A stretch of DNA of 64,000 nucleotides from positions 3,268,934 through 3,332,933 of the forward strand of contig NW_019091356.1 in NCBI RefSeq assembly GCF_001949145.1, written 5' to 3'. A model generated the notes under the pieces. That model was not told the DNA's origin and searched no databases. It was given only the letters and a program-made list of their open reading frames with translations. Position numbers and translations under genes: made by a program. Positions 21,051 through 34,600 of this stretch are shown here, piece by piece (the first letter of the stretch is position 1; every line of letters begins with the position of its first letter). Source of the DNA: Acanthaster planci (Eukaryota).

Positions 21051-21611
21051 CTGTAAACGCATATTTAATTTTGATTCATTGCTTTCTTTGTTTTTTCCCT
21101 GTACGACTTCAAGAACCTTTGCAGAAAAAAAACTTTCTAATGTTACATCTTACACGTTACCCTTACAAAACTGCGGTAGCATTTGTGAGCCGCGTCTGTT
21201 TTTAATTCAGTCGTTCATTTCCTGTTCTGTTTTCACGACGAACCCTGACTTTCTCGAAATATGTTTGTAGAATTTCATTACACGATGTGCTGTTTGAAGT
21301 TTATTCCACGATTCGAATACAACCTTAGTCTTTTCACCGCATACCTATCCCAATCGGATAACGTAACTTAGTTTCTCCAATATTGTCCAAAGATTTTGAC
21401 TTGTCTCCTGCCGCGCGCCAAAGGTAACTCGGCTAAAACAACCTCGGTTTCAAACAACCCGTCTTCTTTCTGCACCTCCGGACGTCTCCAAAGGCTCTGC
21501 CCCAAGTCTGATTTGTGAGATAAAAATGGTAAAAATCATAGCCCAATCATGATGCCACTTACAACGCTCTTAAGATGAGAATGATTGGCTCATTACTTTT
21601 TTTGGGGGGGG

Positions 21612-21663
21612 GTTGTTTGTTTGTTTGTTTGTTTGTTGGGTTGTTTGTTTATTTGTTTGTTTG
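21612..21663 (+). repeat. (GTTT)n microsatellite
   Basis: Interrupted GTTT run. Confidence 0.85.
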
Positions 21664-24600
21664 CATTCCTTTTCTTCTTCTTCCCTTCAAAAGATGCGAT
21701 GCTTCTCCTCTCTGCGTGAGAGAACACGCCACTTCCTCGAGACACTTGGTTTTCCCCTCCAAATTCACATCACCAAAGCAGGACAGCAGACAGTTTCCAA
21801 CAGTCTCGTATTTCATTGTTCGCAGCATGTTCCGAATGAGGTAATTGGAACATATCGCCATTATTCAGCACACAGAATTGGCAGGCCCTGGACGAAGAGA
21901 GGCGGAATTTCAGCAAACATCTTTCCATCACGATTTAAAAAAAGGATCCTCAATTACAGGTTTCCACGACAGTCGGCGTATTACAACACAATTACAGTAA
22001 TCGAGGTTTACATACACTTGGACTCTACGTGTTTGATTACAAATTTGAAGACTTCATTCCTTGCAAGGATTATTTACGGAGGTTAAAGTAAATAACATGT
22101 ATGTACCGATCACCTATAGAAAAAGAAAGGGCGCCCAGAATCGCATTTATCTTTAAAATTACATGTATAACTAAGCACTCTCGGTCCCACTATATACACA
22201 TGAAATCTTCTGATGAGAGCAATGTGGAAGTAGACAACTTTGCTCGTCGCCCGGCGCCCCAACAGGGTGTTGGATGGGAAGGGCTGATGGCTTTGCACTG
22301 TGATTGGCTACGTTGTGCACGACCTGTGACCGCGAGGTTATCACTTCCTGTTAGTTCTTGGTTCGCCAGTGGCATGGTAATGCTTTGGCAAGGGCAAAGT
22401 GTTGGCTATCTAAAAACATGGCCTTGGTACAATCATGGAGGAATTTCAGATCATTGATTTCACTGTAGGGCCCTATCTTGTTCAATTTTGGATGAACGAA
22501 TTAGGCCTAAGTGTTGTAACAACATTTTCAACAATGAAGAAGAAAAAAGACAAAATATCGAATTGATAGCCGCCGCTTTTGTACGGTAACACTTTGAGCA
22601 TGCTTTGCACGTCATTAGCCGTGACCCCGTGTGACGTATTTCCTTCACTAAAAACTGAGCAAGGCCATCAGCCCGTCCTAGCGCCCTGTTCGGGCGCTGG
22701 TACTGCGATCACGGGCGAAGTGGGCACGGTGCTGACGATGACGTAATGTTTTTCAACCAACCGTGTTGTTGTCTTAGGATCCTCAATTATTCTGCGCCTG
22801 TGTCACATCACTGGAAGGTCTCAGTTGTGCGCGAGATGAGTGGGCGCGAAATTAGTCTAAAATCGTGCTTATGAAAGCCGAAGCACTGTCGGTGTTTTCC
22901 ACCTTCAATTTTTTCCGAAGGAGGCATTCAAATCATGTCTACTTTTATACAGACTTTAAACCGGTATAAAAATTCTAATTGACATTAAGGTTCATACACA
23001 GCACGCTCGACATGTTTCAAAGGTTGACCTCTTGAACTTGAGTTGACGCTGTTCCGAGCTCTGCGATTGATTTCACCATTTCCATTTTTGAGTGTGCACC
23101 CTTGCTGTTTATGTATTGCAGCTCACGATCGGTCTACTCGTGTATTTGCAAATTTGCAATTCTGCATATTGACCGGTGTACACTGCACTGGCTAAACTGT
23201 GGGCAGGTGGTTGGTTAATGGGGGATGAGCACTCGCAACCATACTACCGCTGAATTCCGCACAGGCTCGGCTGGCTCTTTTCTGTGGGGGTGTGGGAGCT
23301 CAATTTCCTAGGCAGGGCCCATAAACAGACCGGGAAAGCCTCCTTGCGTGTAAATTTTAAACCTACTGCGATCATCTCGAGGCGGATTTGTCGCCGTTTC
23401 GTTTCTGCTCAGGCCGCTTGTAGCCCTGCGCCAGTGCAGACGCCGGTTCGAAATCCCACTTCGTCTGTGAATCCCCCCACTCACGAGATGCACAGTGCAC
23501 CCATAGGCAGAATATACCTTTCGAAATGAATGATGATGAAACACTGCCCGGTGGATTCAAGGTTAGAGGCTCTTTGCGCTCGCCTCTTGTTGGGGGCACA
23601 TTTAACGCTTTTTGTACCTTTTCTACCCTCTCCCGTCTTACCAAGTACTTCAGGGTTTGGTTGTTGGGGAAGTCGGAAACACACCTCCAAATCCGCTTCC
23701 TCAGTTTTCTCGGCACAAAAAAAAGGTGGGAGGATGATCCCAAAGTCCATCCCACCCCTCACAAAGTGTGAGGGATGTACACCCCCCATCTCCCTGTCTG
23801 TCTCTCACCCCGCCCCCCTCCCGGCCGTTTACGCAGTGCTGTCAGTTGACGCGCGCATGGCGCTGTCGTTCGAGATTGTGACTGACCTGCACACCAAATA
23901 TCGTTTCTTTTGTGTGCAGCATTTTTTTGGTGTGTCTCATTCAAAGGGCAAGGACTGTGAGAAAATAATGGTCAGCCTCTCAATTTCCTTTTCCATATTG
24001 GCTCATCGCTGGCGAGATTTAGCCGGAATCCATTCTGTAATTAAGATCGTGACGGCGGCTGTCGAGGGATGTATGAAGCCAGCGAGTCTTGTCTCAGGCT
24101 TTCGATTCTTATGAAATTCGCGGAAAGGCTGTCTACCCGAACCTTCTGAATCCTGACGTAACTTTTAGGACAGAACTGTAAACACATCATATTCAGAAAA
24201 CTCAAAGACATTCGGGTTTTTTTTCTCTCGATTGTCTTTAAGCTAAAAGCTGAAGCAGATTACAAAGCTAGCCCCCCCCCCAATCTATCTCTAGGGGCTT
24301 CGTACGCTAGTTGAGGGACACACAATGTTCCGAGTCGTCTACTCCTGCAATGGGGTTTTACCCTCCGTTAATTACACTCCCTCGTCTTATAAAGAAACGT
24401 CCATTTAGAGCTCTACAGACTAAATACTCCAGAACCCAATTGTTCTCCGAGCGTTACACAGCCGAAATTGGTCGATTTTTCTTGATTGTCCCAAATATCC
24501 AAACAGATAATTCCTTCGCGTAATTACATTTACATATCTGTCCATTTTTATGTCGGTATTTTAAATGTGAGGTGTCGGCAACCGTACTAGCTCTTCTTTC

Positions 24601-27600
24601 TTTGAAGGTGAAGGACTAATATACACTGTACTGCCCCTGCTGATGAGCAAATGGCACATACATAGGCTTACGCTATGTCTACATCTTTCAAGGACTCAAC
24701 AAAATACATCATGCACCCTTCGGGCGTGTTATAGCCCGTTATATAGTATACAGAATCCACCCTTATCGGAAAACTTAATACCCCAAGGCGGTAGAGGCAG
24801 TGCGACGTGAATGTGCGGCTTGCCTACAGGCCTTGTGCCAGGCAGTGTGACCTCGGTGGGATTTGAACACGAACTTAAACCCAGGCTCAACGAACATCGG
24901 GGGAACTGATCGCTCTATGCGTGGAGGAATAAAAACACATGTGACCCAATTGCACTGGGGGAAAAAAATGTTTCTCTAACCTTTTGAATTCTCAAAAATG
25001 ATTGCTGCCCCACGGGGTGTGAAAAATAGCACCCAATCGCTTTACCCAACGCAGAAAAAACAGAACACTTGACACGTTTTTCCGCATATACTAGCTGTCA
25101 GGACCCGAAGGGCGAATTCAGATCAAAGTCATCCGTTCTATTTATAAGTTGTTTCTTATTTCATCCCCGGGATGTTTGCCATCAAAACAGCTTCATGTTT
25201 TTTCTCTTTCTCTTCGCCAGAGAGAGAAAAAACAGCGCCACGCAGGCAGGATTAACATTGTCTTACGCTGAGTAACATGCCGCAGACATGTTCAGTCCGA
25301 CCGTGATCATTTCGCTTATTAATCGATTCGGCTCATGTTACACTGGCGTCTTGGAATAACTCGTCAGCGCCGGTTGCACACAGATGTGTTATTTTTTGTT
25401 TTCCGACAGAAACATTTCACTGTTCACGACAGACCCGGTGTTAGTTTATGACCTATCTATACACGCAGTGTATTACAAGGAGCTTTGCGATTTATCTGCT
25501 GTTTGTTTTTATGTCAACAAACACGTTTAAGGTTGCGGAGACTTCTATTTATGTATTTCGTTTCTTGATAAATACCACTATGTTGATATAGGATTAATAT
25601 TTGACCCTGGTGAACGAACGACTTATGCAGTGATTGAGAATTACCAAATCGCTTTTTTTTATTAATTAACATCGCAAGATACTGGTACATATATACTTTG
25701 GGAACGGTGGTTCAGCGGGGTCAGCACGAGTGTTGAACACCTCCAGTCTCGGTGGGCAGGGCAGATTCGAGCATACCAACCGATCGCAGCCACAAGGTTG
25801 AAGCCATTTGACTGTTGACTTCGTGTCTGTCGTCAAACCAATTAGCAATCACGACGGCGCGAACCTGCCCATGACACCAATGTGTGACGGAACAGACTAG
25901 CTGCCATCCAGCCGTTATGCTGAACACAGAAAATACGCAGTCTTTTCAAGTTACAAAACGGATCGCTATGTGATAAATTTGCATTCTTTAACCAAACTGA
26001 ATTATAAGCAAAACAAACATAGGTTTAATACAAAAATTAAACAGAAATACTTGGTATGGCCATTTTTCGACAGCGTTGGTTAAATTTCACATTGACAGTA
26101 GGGGATTTTGTATGAATCTTCCGGTGACAAATACCCTAATTTTGGATGACTGAAGTTCGGCAGGCGAATTAATTATTACGCCAACCTTCCGGTATTTTAA
26201 TAGACCTTCTAGAATCTCTTCAACAAGTGTATACCGGTACTTGTCTTCGGACTCCGACTATGGTTGTCATGGAGACAACATTCTCCTCCCACTGACCCCC
26301 CACCTCGGGGAAGTCGAGGGCACGCAAATTACGCCCGATTAATAACATGGGAAAAACCGAGAGAGAAAACTTCTAACATAGGGGCCTAACGCTCAAGAAT
26401 AGCACACTTCATGTTCTTGGTGACAGATATGAACCCCGCAGGGACAGCGAAGCGCGAGTCCGTCGACAGAACACAGAGGATTCTGTTGACATAATCTTGG
26501 AGTGGTTTCAGTCAATTTCAAATGCAGTGGAACGTACCTTCATTTAAAGTGCACCTAGGGTAAAACATCATACCACAAACACAGCACCACCAAATGCCAC
26601 TTTGACAAGTCAGACATTGCTAAAAAAAAAAAAAGGGAAAAAAAGGGTAACAGGTCCAAATGCGTAAAGATGTGGGTCGCGTGCATGAGGCTGTCTTCGT
26701 ATTTGGTGATAGATGCGGCGATACATTATTGAAAATATACCGGGATTGCGGAACACTTGGCGCTATACGTGAAACTGATAGCTATGAGGAATGTACTTAA
26801 ATAGAAGCGGTCGCTAAACAAAATGGATACCAGTCATTGCCGTGTTATTTTGGTGTTTCGCTTTTGATTGGTGCTCCTCGGGTAAGTACACCATGGTATG
26901 GCATAAGATGGCTTTCAACTGAACTCTCCACTTTAAAATTTGTGGTTGATTAACTTTGATATTTCTGTGACTACTAATCAGACCTCTGAACGCCAACAGA
27001 CATGATTGGATCCCAGAAGTGGCTCCAGCTTTTCGGAATTGCATGTGATGCTGTGCTGTAATTGGCTCTGATCTGAGGAAAGTAGTTCCATCCGGAACGG
27101 TCGAGTCCCCGCCGAGAATTTCCATAGGTCTCGTACGCCGTTCACGCTGAGACGTGGGCCCAACTTCACATCCGCTGGGAGGACGACAAACATTCGCCCA
27201 GGCCTGGCGCGTCTGCAGATTTCATTTATGCGACAAAGCAACCGGGGACCGCCAAACCGGTAAACCTCGCCAGAGGCAAATAATGATACAGAGACAAGCT
27301 GGCGAATTTCTCAAAAGGCACTGAGCGGGAAGGTTGTACCCGTGAATCTATTCTTCGAGCTGCAAAAGGGCGAAAATACATCGTTATTTACCACAGGTCA
27401 GGGGAACCCGCGTGGTTTCACCACAAATTTTTTTATAGAAGTTACCAAGAATATTGGAACTATAACTGGCAAATCCACATGGGGACTTTGCTTTTGCAGG
27501 GAACACTGCTCTTTAGACTAACATATTCGTCTTAGTCTATTAAATATATTTCCACCATGTCCACCGTAATAGCTCTTACATTATTACACCTAATGAATCG

Positions 27601-29546
27601 AGTCGATTCTGCAGACAGACACGGGTATCCGAATGCATCACAGTCCACGTGCACGATCTCAGAAATAAAACATATCATCCGGTTGGCCTGTTATGCACCG
27701 CGGGATTTCTCTTAGCCTGCGCCTCATCAGAAATCGTATATTCGCACTGAAAGGGGCCCAGTTGATGTCTCGTGGTGTGGATTGCAGAAGGGACTTGTGT
27801 GACACGTGCCAATTAGATTCATACCGTTAATAACACCCTGCGTCTGTATTATTGCCACGAACATTATTAGGGTGACGATTTAGTCGACGCCATCTTTGCT
27901 CCGGTTGCCTGAAAGCTAAACCGACCGAGCGAGTGAGGCTATAGCATTGCGTCATGGGTGCCAGGCTGATTTTCAAATCCCAGTCTGGAGTCGTTCGACT
28001 GAGTAAAAGAGATCCCTAGACCCATTAACGGGGCCCTACATACGTACATGCATAGGCCTGCTTCTTCGTCGACGAATTACGTATATAGGATCTGTTTACG
28101 GATCTAACAGATTCTTTGCTCGCACAATGTTCTCAAAGGTTGTTGTTTTCGAACTGGAGTACTTTAGGTATTGTATGATATAATATTCTCGCACCGTGAC
28201 GCATTCGGTGAAGTTGGCCCTTTAACCCCTAACGATGGCTGCTTATTCGCCTTCATCTATATGGCCTTACTAGTTCCACTGTCACGGACCCCCCCCCCAC
28301 GTACGTAAATTTCAACAAATTGAGTTTGACCGTCACCATAAACCAAATGAAGTATTACTTTTTTCGCAGTTTCATTTCAGATATCTGGTCAACGTAATTT
28401 ACGAGAGTGCACTACTTTCTTTTCCTAGAGTCGAAGGCATTTCCCGCGAGAGTGATGATTTATAATCAGCTCTTAGCACGGGACGGTCCCGCCACCAAAG
28501 TGATCATAAAACGCTTGGGTAATTAGAGTTTCTGTTGGTAGCATAGCGCCTTTACAGTGGAGAGAGCGAGCCTGAAGACGTACTGGACATCTTTACAGTT
28601 TTTGTGTGTGATTTTCAGTATCGATGCGATTTGTCAGTGGATACTGCGCAACATCGGCCCACATAACCAAACACAAATTTTGATCAGGCTTCTGGCTACA
28701 GACGTGCTGCCTGTTCCAATGTGCGACTAAATTTTTGCAACCTGAATGGTCGTTAAAAGCCGCCCAAGTACCCATGTGCCTATGTACGTAGGAGGACAGC
28801 TCGGCAATAGAGGCCGGCTTGCATGGCTGCCATCTTGCAAGCTAGTGCTTTTCTTCCAAAGAATATACACAAAAGCATTGTCCTGCAAGACATGTATTAA
28901 CCATGCAAAGTCTATAAGGTTGCCACCATAATTCGTCCCCACTTTCACGAACACCCGAAGAGCAAAATCGGGGTTTGAGAAAATCGCATTTAAAGTTGGT
29001 CTCTTTTGCAAACGATCATATCCCCAAGACTTGACTTTCCCTTGACTATGAAAATGAAACTCATGAAAGATCCGATCTTAAAAGACACATAAACCACAAA
29101 ATCACATTTGTAGGAATCAATTCAAATTGTTTATTTTGTAGACAAACAAAATCTGTCTGTTCACGAAAACGCTGGATTTCGTGTGCATTTTGTCTCTTCG
29201 TGAAAACTGTCCGTATTGGCGAGTGCCAGGCGCAAATTGTTACATTTGCATACATTTCCTGCGTCACTTTTGTCTCCTCGTAAAACAGATTTTACCCACG
29301 TTTTGGCTCTTTAATGGTAACGCTATATCTATGGAGGACCGTTTCTCTTCTTGCAAACGGTAAGTGCGGGTTAAATTGCATTGCAAATTACATTGCCCAT
29401 TGAGATCATCATTATTTGGCTGATTTGGGTAGATTTGGTAAAAAATGATTACACCACCTTGTAAGCAGCAGATAGCCTTGCTGATTTTGAAAAACAAAAT
29501 AGAAATTTGAAAGAAAAAAATCCCGATTTTTGGGCACTTTCAGCTT

Positions 29547-29645
29547 GCAAAGCGTTGGCCAATCACAACTTACAAAATTTGTCGACCCTTTCCAAATGCG
29601 ATTGGGTCGACAGATTTCGCGCGTTGTGATTGGCCAACGCGTTGC
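29547..29645. repeat. Long hairpin/palindrome, ~42-bp arms and 15-nt loop
   Basis: GCAAAGCGTTGGCCAATCACAACTTACAAAATTTGTCGACCC pairs with GGGTCGACAGATTTCGCGCGTTGTGATTGGCCAACGCGTTGC. Confidence 0.75.
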
Positions 29646-30705
29646 AAATTCTTGAAGGCGCACTACATATTGTGAAACACCCATATCATAGCTGCTTCTG
29701 TGTTTGGTCGCACCCGTTCACGAGCTTTTATGTCCCTCCACAAGTGCACGCATAGGCGTATTCTCCTACAAACACGTCATCAACGTGGACCCCTCCTTGC
29801 GAGTATTCTGTGCTCTGTAACACATTACAGCTGTGACATTAAGGCAAGCGTCTCTACAAACTGTAAGTGACGACTCCGGCAAGGACCAATCTGCCTGTAT
29901 AGATGAAAGAAATGTTCGTCGACGCGAAACCATCAGACTGTCTGGAATGAGCCAATCGGTAACCGGAGACACGGAACTCGGGCATCACAAAAGCGCACTG
30001 AAGATAAGTGCGTTTCAATTTATGCTCTCGTAGATACCATGCCTGGTCCAAAGACGGTTCTCCGAAAGGCTGTGGCGGGTAACGAGAACAAGAAACGCCA
30101 ACGAGTTTTTACCTGGATAAAAATGACGGCCTCCTTGCCCTCTTGGAAAGCTGTAAGCCGGTAAAGCGCTATGGTGACGTCAGGACACCCGTGCAGAAAA
30201 CCCTGCCAGACCGCCAGTCGCCCTTTTGTTATTCATGTCACCTCTGCCTTGATTACAAACACTGCCTACAATTTTGTACTGGCGGCCAGAGTTTGCAGGA
30301 GCCCACCCTCGGTCAGACACATTTTACTTTGGCGTGAAAAAGCGGGGGGGGATTTTTATTTAGTTTTTAAGTGGAGGTATTCATTAATCGCAAGCATGAT
30401 GCCCTCCGTGAATTCTTGTTTTTGTTGTACTGACGGCCAACTTGCGACGCGGCAAAGTAAGGTCCATTCTACCCACAGTCGTCGGACTGCTTACGCCTTG
30501 TACGGGAATGGGGGGGGGCTTTTCTACGGCACGGTACGTGCACCATGTGCGGGCGTTGCTAGCCAACTGCCAAAATATAACTATCATAGAAGAATCCAGA
30601 TTGGTTGTAGCGACGGTTCAAGAGCCGTGATTTCCAACATCAAAGTAAACATGCATCAGCTGTAACCATGCCTGACTCGACAAACAAAATGCGGCCTACA
30701 CTTGA

Positions 30706-31675
30706 TACAAAGCAGAATTCGGGTCAAAAAGATTGGAACATTGTTTTTGCTTTGCGGAAGGCCTTTTTTTTCAAAATCAAAAGTGTCTTGTTTTTCATAT
30801 CGAGTGTATTTTTTAAATGAATCTCATTTTAAAGGATTGTATTTTTTGACTTTTGAAATGCATTTTTAAAAACTGAAAGAAATTTTAAAGACGCAATGCA
30901 TGTTTTTTTTAGATTTGAATTAATTTTAAAAGAGAGGATGAATTTGTATAGACGGAACGACATATTTCAAGATTGGAACGAATTTTTAAAGTCCAAACAT
31001 TTTTTAAAGATTAGACTAAAGTTGTTGACTCCGAATATATTTTTAAAATTGGAACACTTTTCCCAACGCAAAGCTGTCATTCGGCGCACGCATTTTACCC
31101 AAAATCACATTTCGTCCGAATTGGGGAAACATCCAAATTTCTCAAGCATCCAAAATGAGAAAGCATCCGTGTTTCAAAGCATCCAATCTTTTTGACGGTG
31201 TTCGGCCCAAAGTTCCAAACCTTTTTTTGGACGATTCTGCTATTTTCGGAATGCGCATGCGCAGGCAAACTCCTACAGTGGTTCCCGCTACCTTTTACGG
31301 TCGTTGCCTTCGCGGCCTGCAGACTCGTCTCCATGTTTACATGTAAAATCTGATTCACATTTTGAAAACACGTTCACTCTTTACAAATTTACTCCAAACT
31401 AGAAAATATGTTACCTCTATACAAATTCATCCGCTCTTTGAAAATCTATTTGAATGTAAAAACATGTACCGGTACGGTATTGCATCTTTTAAATTTCGTT
31501 CGTTTTTTCAAAAATGCTCTCAAAAAGTAAAATAAGTAAAAAATACGATCTTTTTAAATTGACATTCGTTTTAAAAATACATTCGATTTTTAAACAACAC
31601 GTTCGATTTTGAAAAAAACGCATTCCGTTAAGCAAAAACACGTTCCAATCTTTTGGACCCGAACTGAGCTTCGTA
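30706..31675. mobile_element. Foldback-type non-autonomous transposon (~970 bp) with ~280-bp imperfect TIRs
   Basis: Left TACAAAGCAGAATTCGGGTCAAAAAGATTGGAAC... versus reverse complement of right end TACGAAGCTCAGTTCGGGTCCAAAAGATTGGAAC...; similarity extends to GGATGAATTTGTATAGA; flanks CACTTGA / CACTTGC. Confidence 0.8.
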
Positions 31676-34600
31676 CACTTGCGAAAAGCATCTCCGATCC
31701 ACGCAACAGTACTGTTTAAATCCAGTGGCTCAAGCTTTGTGTACAAGAATGACGAAGCACCGCTCGTTTGGTTTTTTGATATCTTGAGGGAAATCGTGAG
31801 AATCAAATTCCTGTCGAAGAAAGCAAGCACATATGGCGCACGGTAAAGGCACGCTTTTATATATAAAAATGGGCCTCTCCTTTTCAATCTGTTAGCGGAG
31901 AGTTTGGGGGCATGCTAGCTGGAATTTTTTCATTAACAAGTTCCAAGTGCGTAATGAATGTTCTCTGAATGCTATCGATCGGAGGCCTCGAATCCATTCA
32001 TTCATCAATCGGCCGGTTATCAACCGATATCTTTCCGCGCCAGTGTGGAGCGGTCGAGGCACAACACGTCGTCGCGGCTAAAATATGAAATTCAAGCATG
32101 GACTGATAACTCATATTTTGGCTTAATGTAACAGTGGAAAAAAGATAAAAGAATTTCTATTGCACATTTGGATAGGGAATCGTCTTCATTCAAAAACGCT
32201 GTTGAATTTCTCACTCTGCCTTTAATGTTGTGCAACATTTTGCTTTCCCATGTTTTAACTGGCGCGGATCTTCGAGGGGCCCATAGGGTGCCATCAGGCG
32301 TTTATCGGCAAGGGACTCCACCTCTGCATATTTTGTCCCTGACACTTCGGCGAGAGAAATGAAGTCACATCGATAGCCTTCTGGATTTCATGTCCGTCGA
32401 GGCAGAGTCATAATCGCTCCCCATTCTGCCTCCAGACAGCTAGGCACTCCATCAGGTTTATCCAGCCAACCCGTCTCAAACATTTGAATTAATTTTCTAT
32501 TACCAACATCGTCGGCATTTCTCTCCACTTTACGGCTGACGTTCATAATAATTCACCTTCAACAGCGGCAACAAGCAGACGCTGCCTCGCTTGACGTATA
32601 CTCAACTGCAAACGATATTGACATTTTTCTTCAGCGAGAGTAAAATAAACAAGGATTTCAATATTTCTTTCTAACTCAAGATTAGACCCATTGTTTTCGT
32701 TAATTTTTTCGAGAGGCACGAAACACCTGTCACTTTCATTACCTAAGGAGTTGAGTAGGCCTACTTCGTTTCAGTTTCGGTATACGGGCGTGATATCCTT
32801 ACAGAAGCACAGATAATGCCTATTCTATAACATGTTGATTTACTTGTAGTTTTCATTTGGAAATTATATTGCCGTCTGCTTGATGATATCCACTATGTAC
32901 TGGTATGGAATTGCAGGTTACAATGCAGCAGCGTGCGGTTATGCAATGCAACGGCACCTAACGCTACGCCTCACAATCACAGTGGGCGTCAGTTAAGTGC
33001 AAGGTGCAGAGCCGTTTGTAGAGAAAGTTGCAACATGAGTGTCTCAAGTGCTGGAACCAAAATGGCAGATTATGCGTCAGTGCACGTGGACAATGAGCAC
33101 ACGATAGCTGCATGCTGCTGCATACATAATGAACAGCCATTTTGGTTCCAACGTCTGAAGTCGGCGCTACTTTCTCTATATTCCTCTGTCAGGGTGACCT
33201 TTTTAAAGAGCCGCTGTCTTAGCGGTTCCTATCGAAATGTTTTCACTTGACGTCCCTCCAAAACTGGGCTTCAAATTTAAATTAAAAAAAAATCATAGGC
33301 AAGTGCACGCGTAAAAAGAACTGGCTTGAGATGGCCAGAACTGTGTATCAGAGAGCTCAGGAACCCTCGGCGCATTTCCTGCGCGAGGAACTTAAAACGG
33401 GGCGGTAACGGACGATGACATCGCGCGGTTATTACATGGGTCAATTTCACACGTGTTTGCGCAAATGAATTTGGCAACATGCGATTGCATCCCCCCCTTT
33501 CCCTGACATTCCCGTCAGATTCCCGCGCGTGTCCAGAGACGACTGCACGCGAACCGATAGCGCCCATGGTCTCAAGGAGTTGGTCGAGTGTGAAACGAAC
33601 CGCTCTTAACGCGCGGTCCAATAAATTGTGGCGAGCATTTTGTAAATATCTAATTCGACCCGCACGTTCAGCGTCAAGCGTTATTCCGCACGTTCATCAT
33701 CGTTTTTCCTCGTTCCATTGTGTGTTTTTTGTTCGTTGAGAAGTTACGTACGTGGGTAATTACTTGCCAAACCCATAAGTTTCAAGTTGATCATTAATTC
33801 TATATTCTAAGGGCGCATTCACGCTGGATCATGCACAATGACTATCCAATATCCAAGACAGTTCAAAAGCTCGAGCTCAAAGCATTCTGAATGATTGGAT
33901 ATAAACTTGTGTAGCTCATGCGTTTAGAAGATTTCATGGTGGGGTCTCAGTCTAAGCCTTCGAAATCAAAATTCCTTGGATTGCTAAGAATGTTGTCGGT
34001 TGACGTGAGCTGGATGTGGCTGTGTAGTTTTACTTGTCGGAGGTGTTTTGCTCTTGGATGCTCTTTTGCTCTTTTTAATGACCGTCTTCCAGTAACAGTG
34101 TCAACCGAAATTTCGAACGATCTTTTCTTTAGAAACATGCGGCGCTTAAGGTTGAATTTCTCATCATTAATGCAGCTCCTCCACGCAACTTCAAGAAACA
34201 CAGTCTTTTGTTACAGAGAATTACCCTGCCAGTAAAATATCATGTCCTTTTTCGGACTGCCAGAAATTCTGCATTAGTGCAGAGGAAATTTTTAGGCCTT
34301 AATGCTAAAAGACGAAGATTCCCTTTTCGTATACGTAACATGTATATACAGGCAAACGCCTCCCAGTGCCTACACGATCAATACGAGACACAGCCTAGCG
34401 CCAATGCACTTGGCACGTGACATTTGTAATAGTGGCTATCGAAATTTATAGCGTCTACATTGAAGTGAATGGATGAGTTAGATTGGATGGGTAGACTACG
34501 AGACACCATTGAGGCAATGACCATTTCTCAAGAAAAAGACTGCAGTTGGTAGGCCTACTTCGTTTATCGAAATCATCCCATTAAACCAGAATTGCGTATA

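Noticed and set aside
33947..34201. TGRRSLKRAKEH resembles a Penelope GIY-YIG motif
   Set aside because: No YIG motif and no reverse-transcriptase remnant nearby; too short to support.
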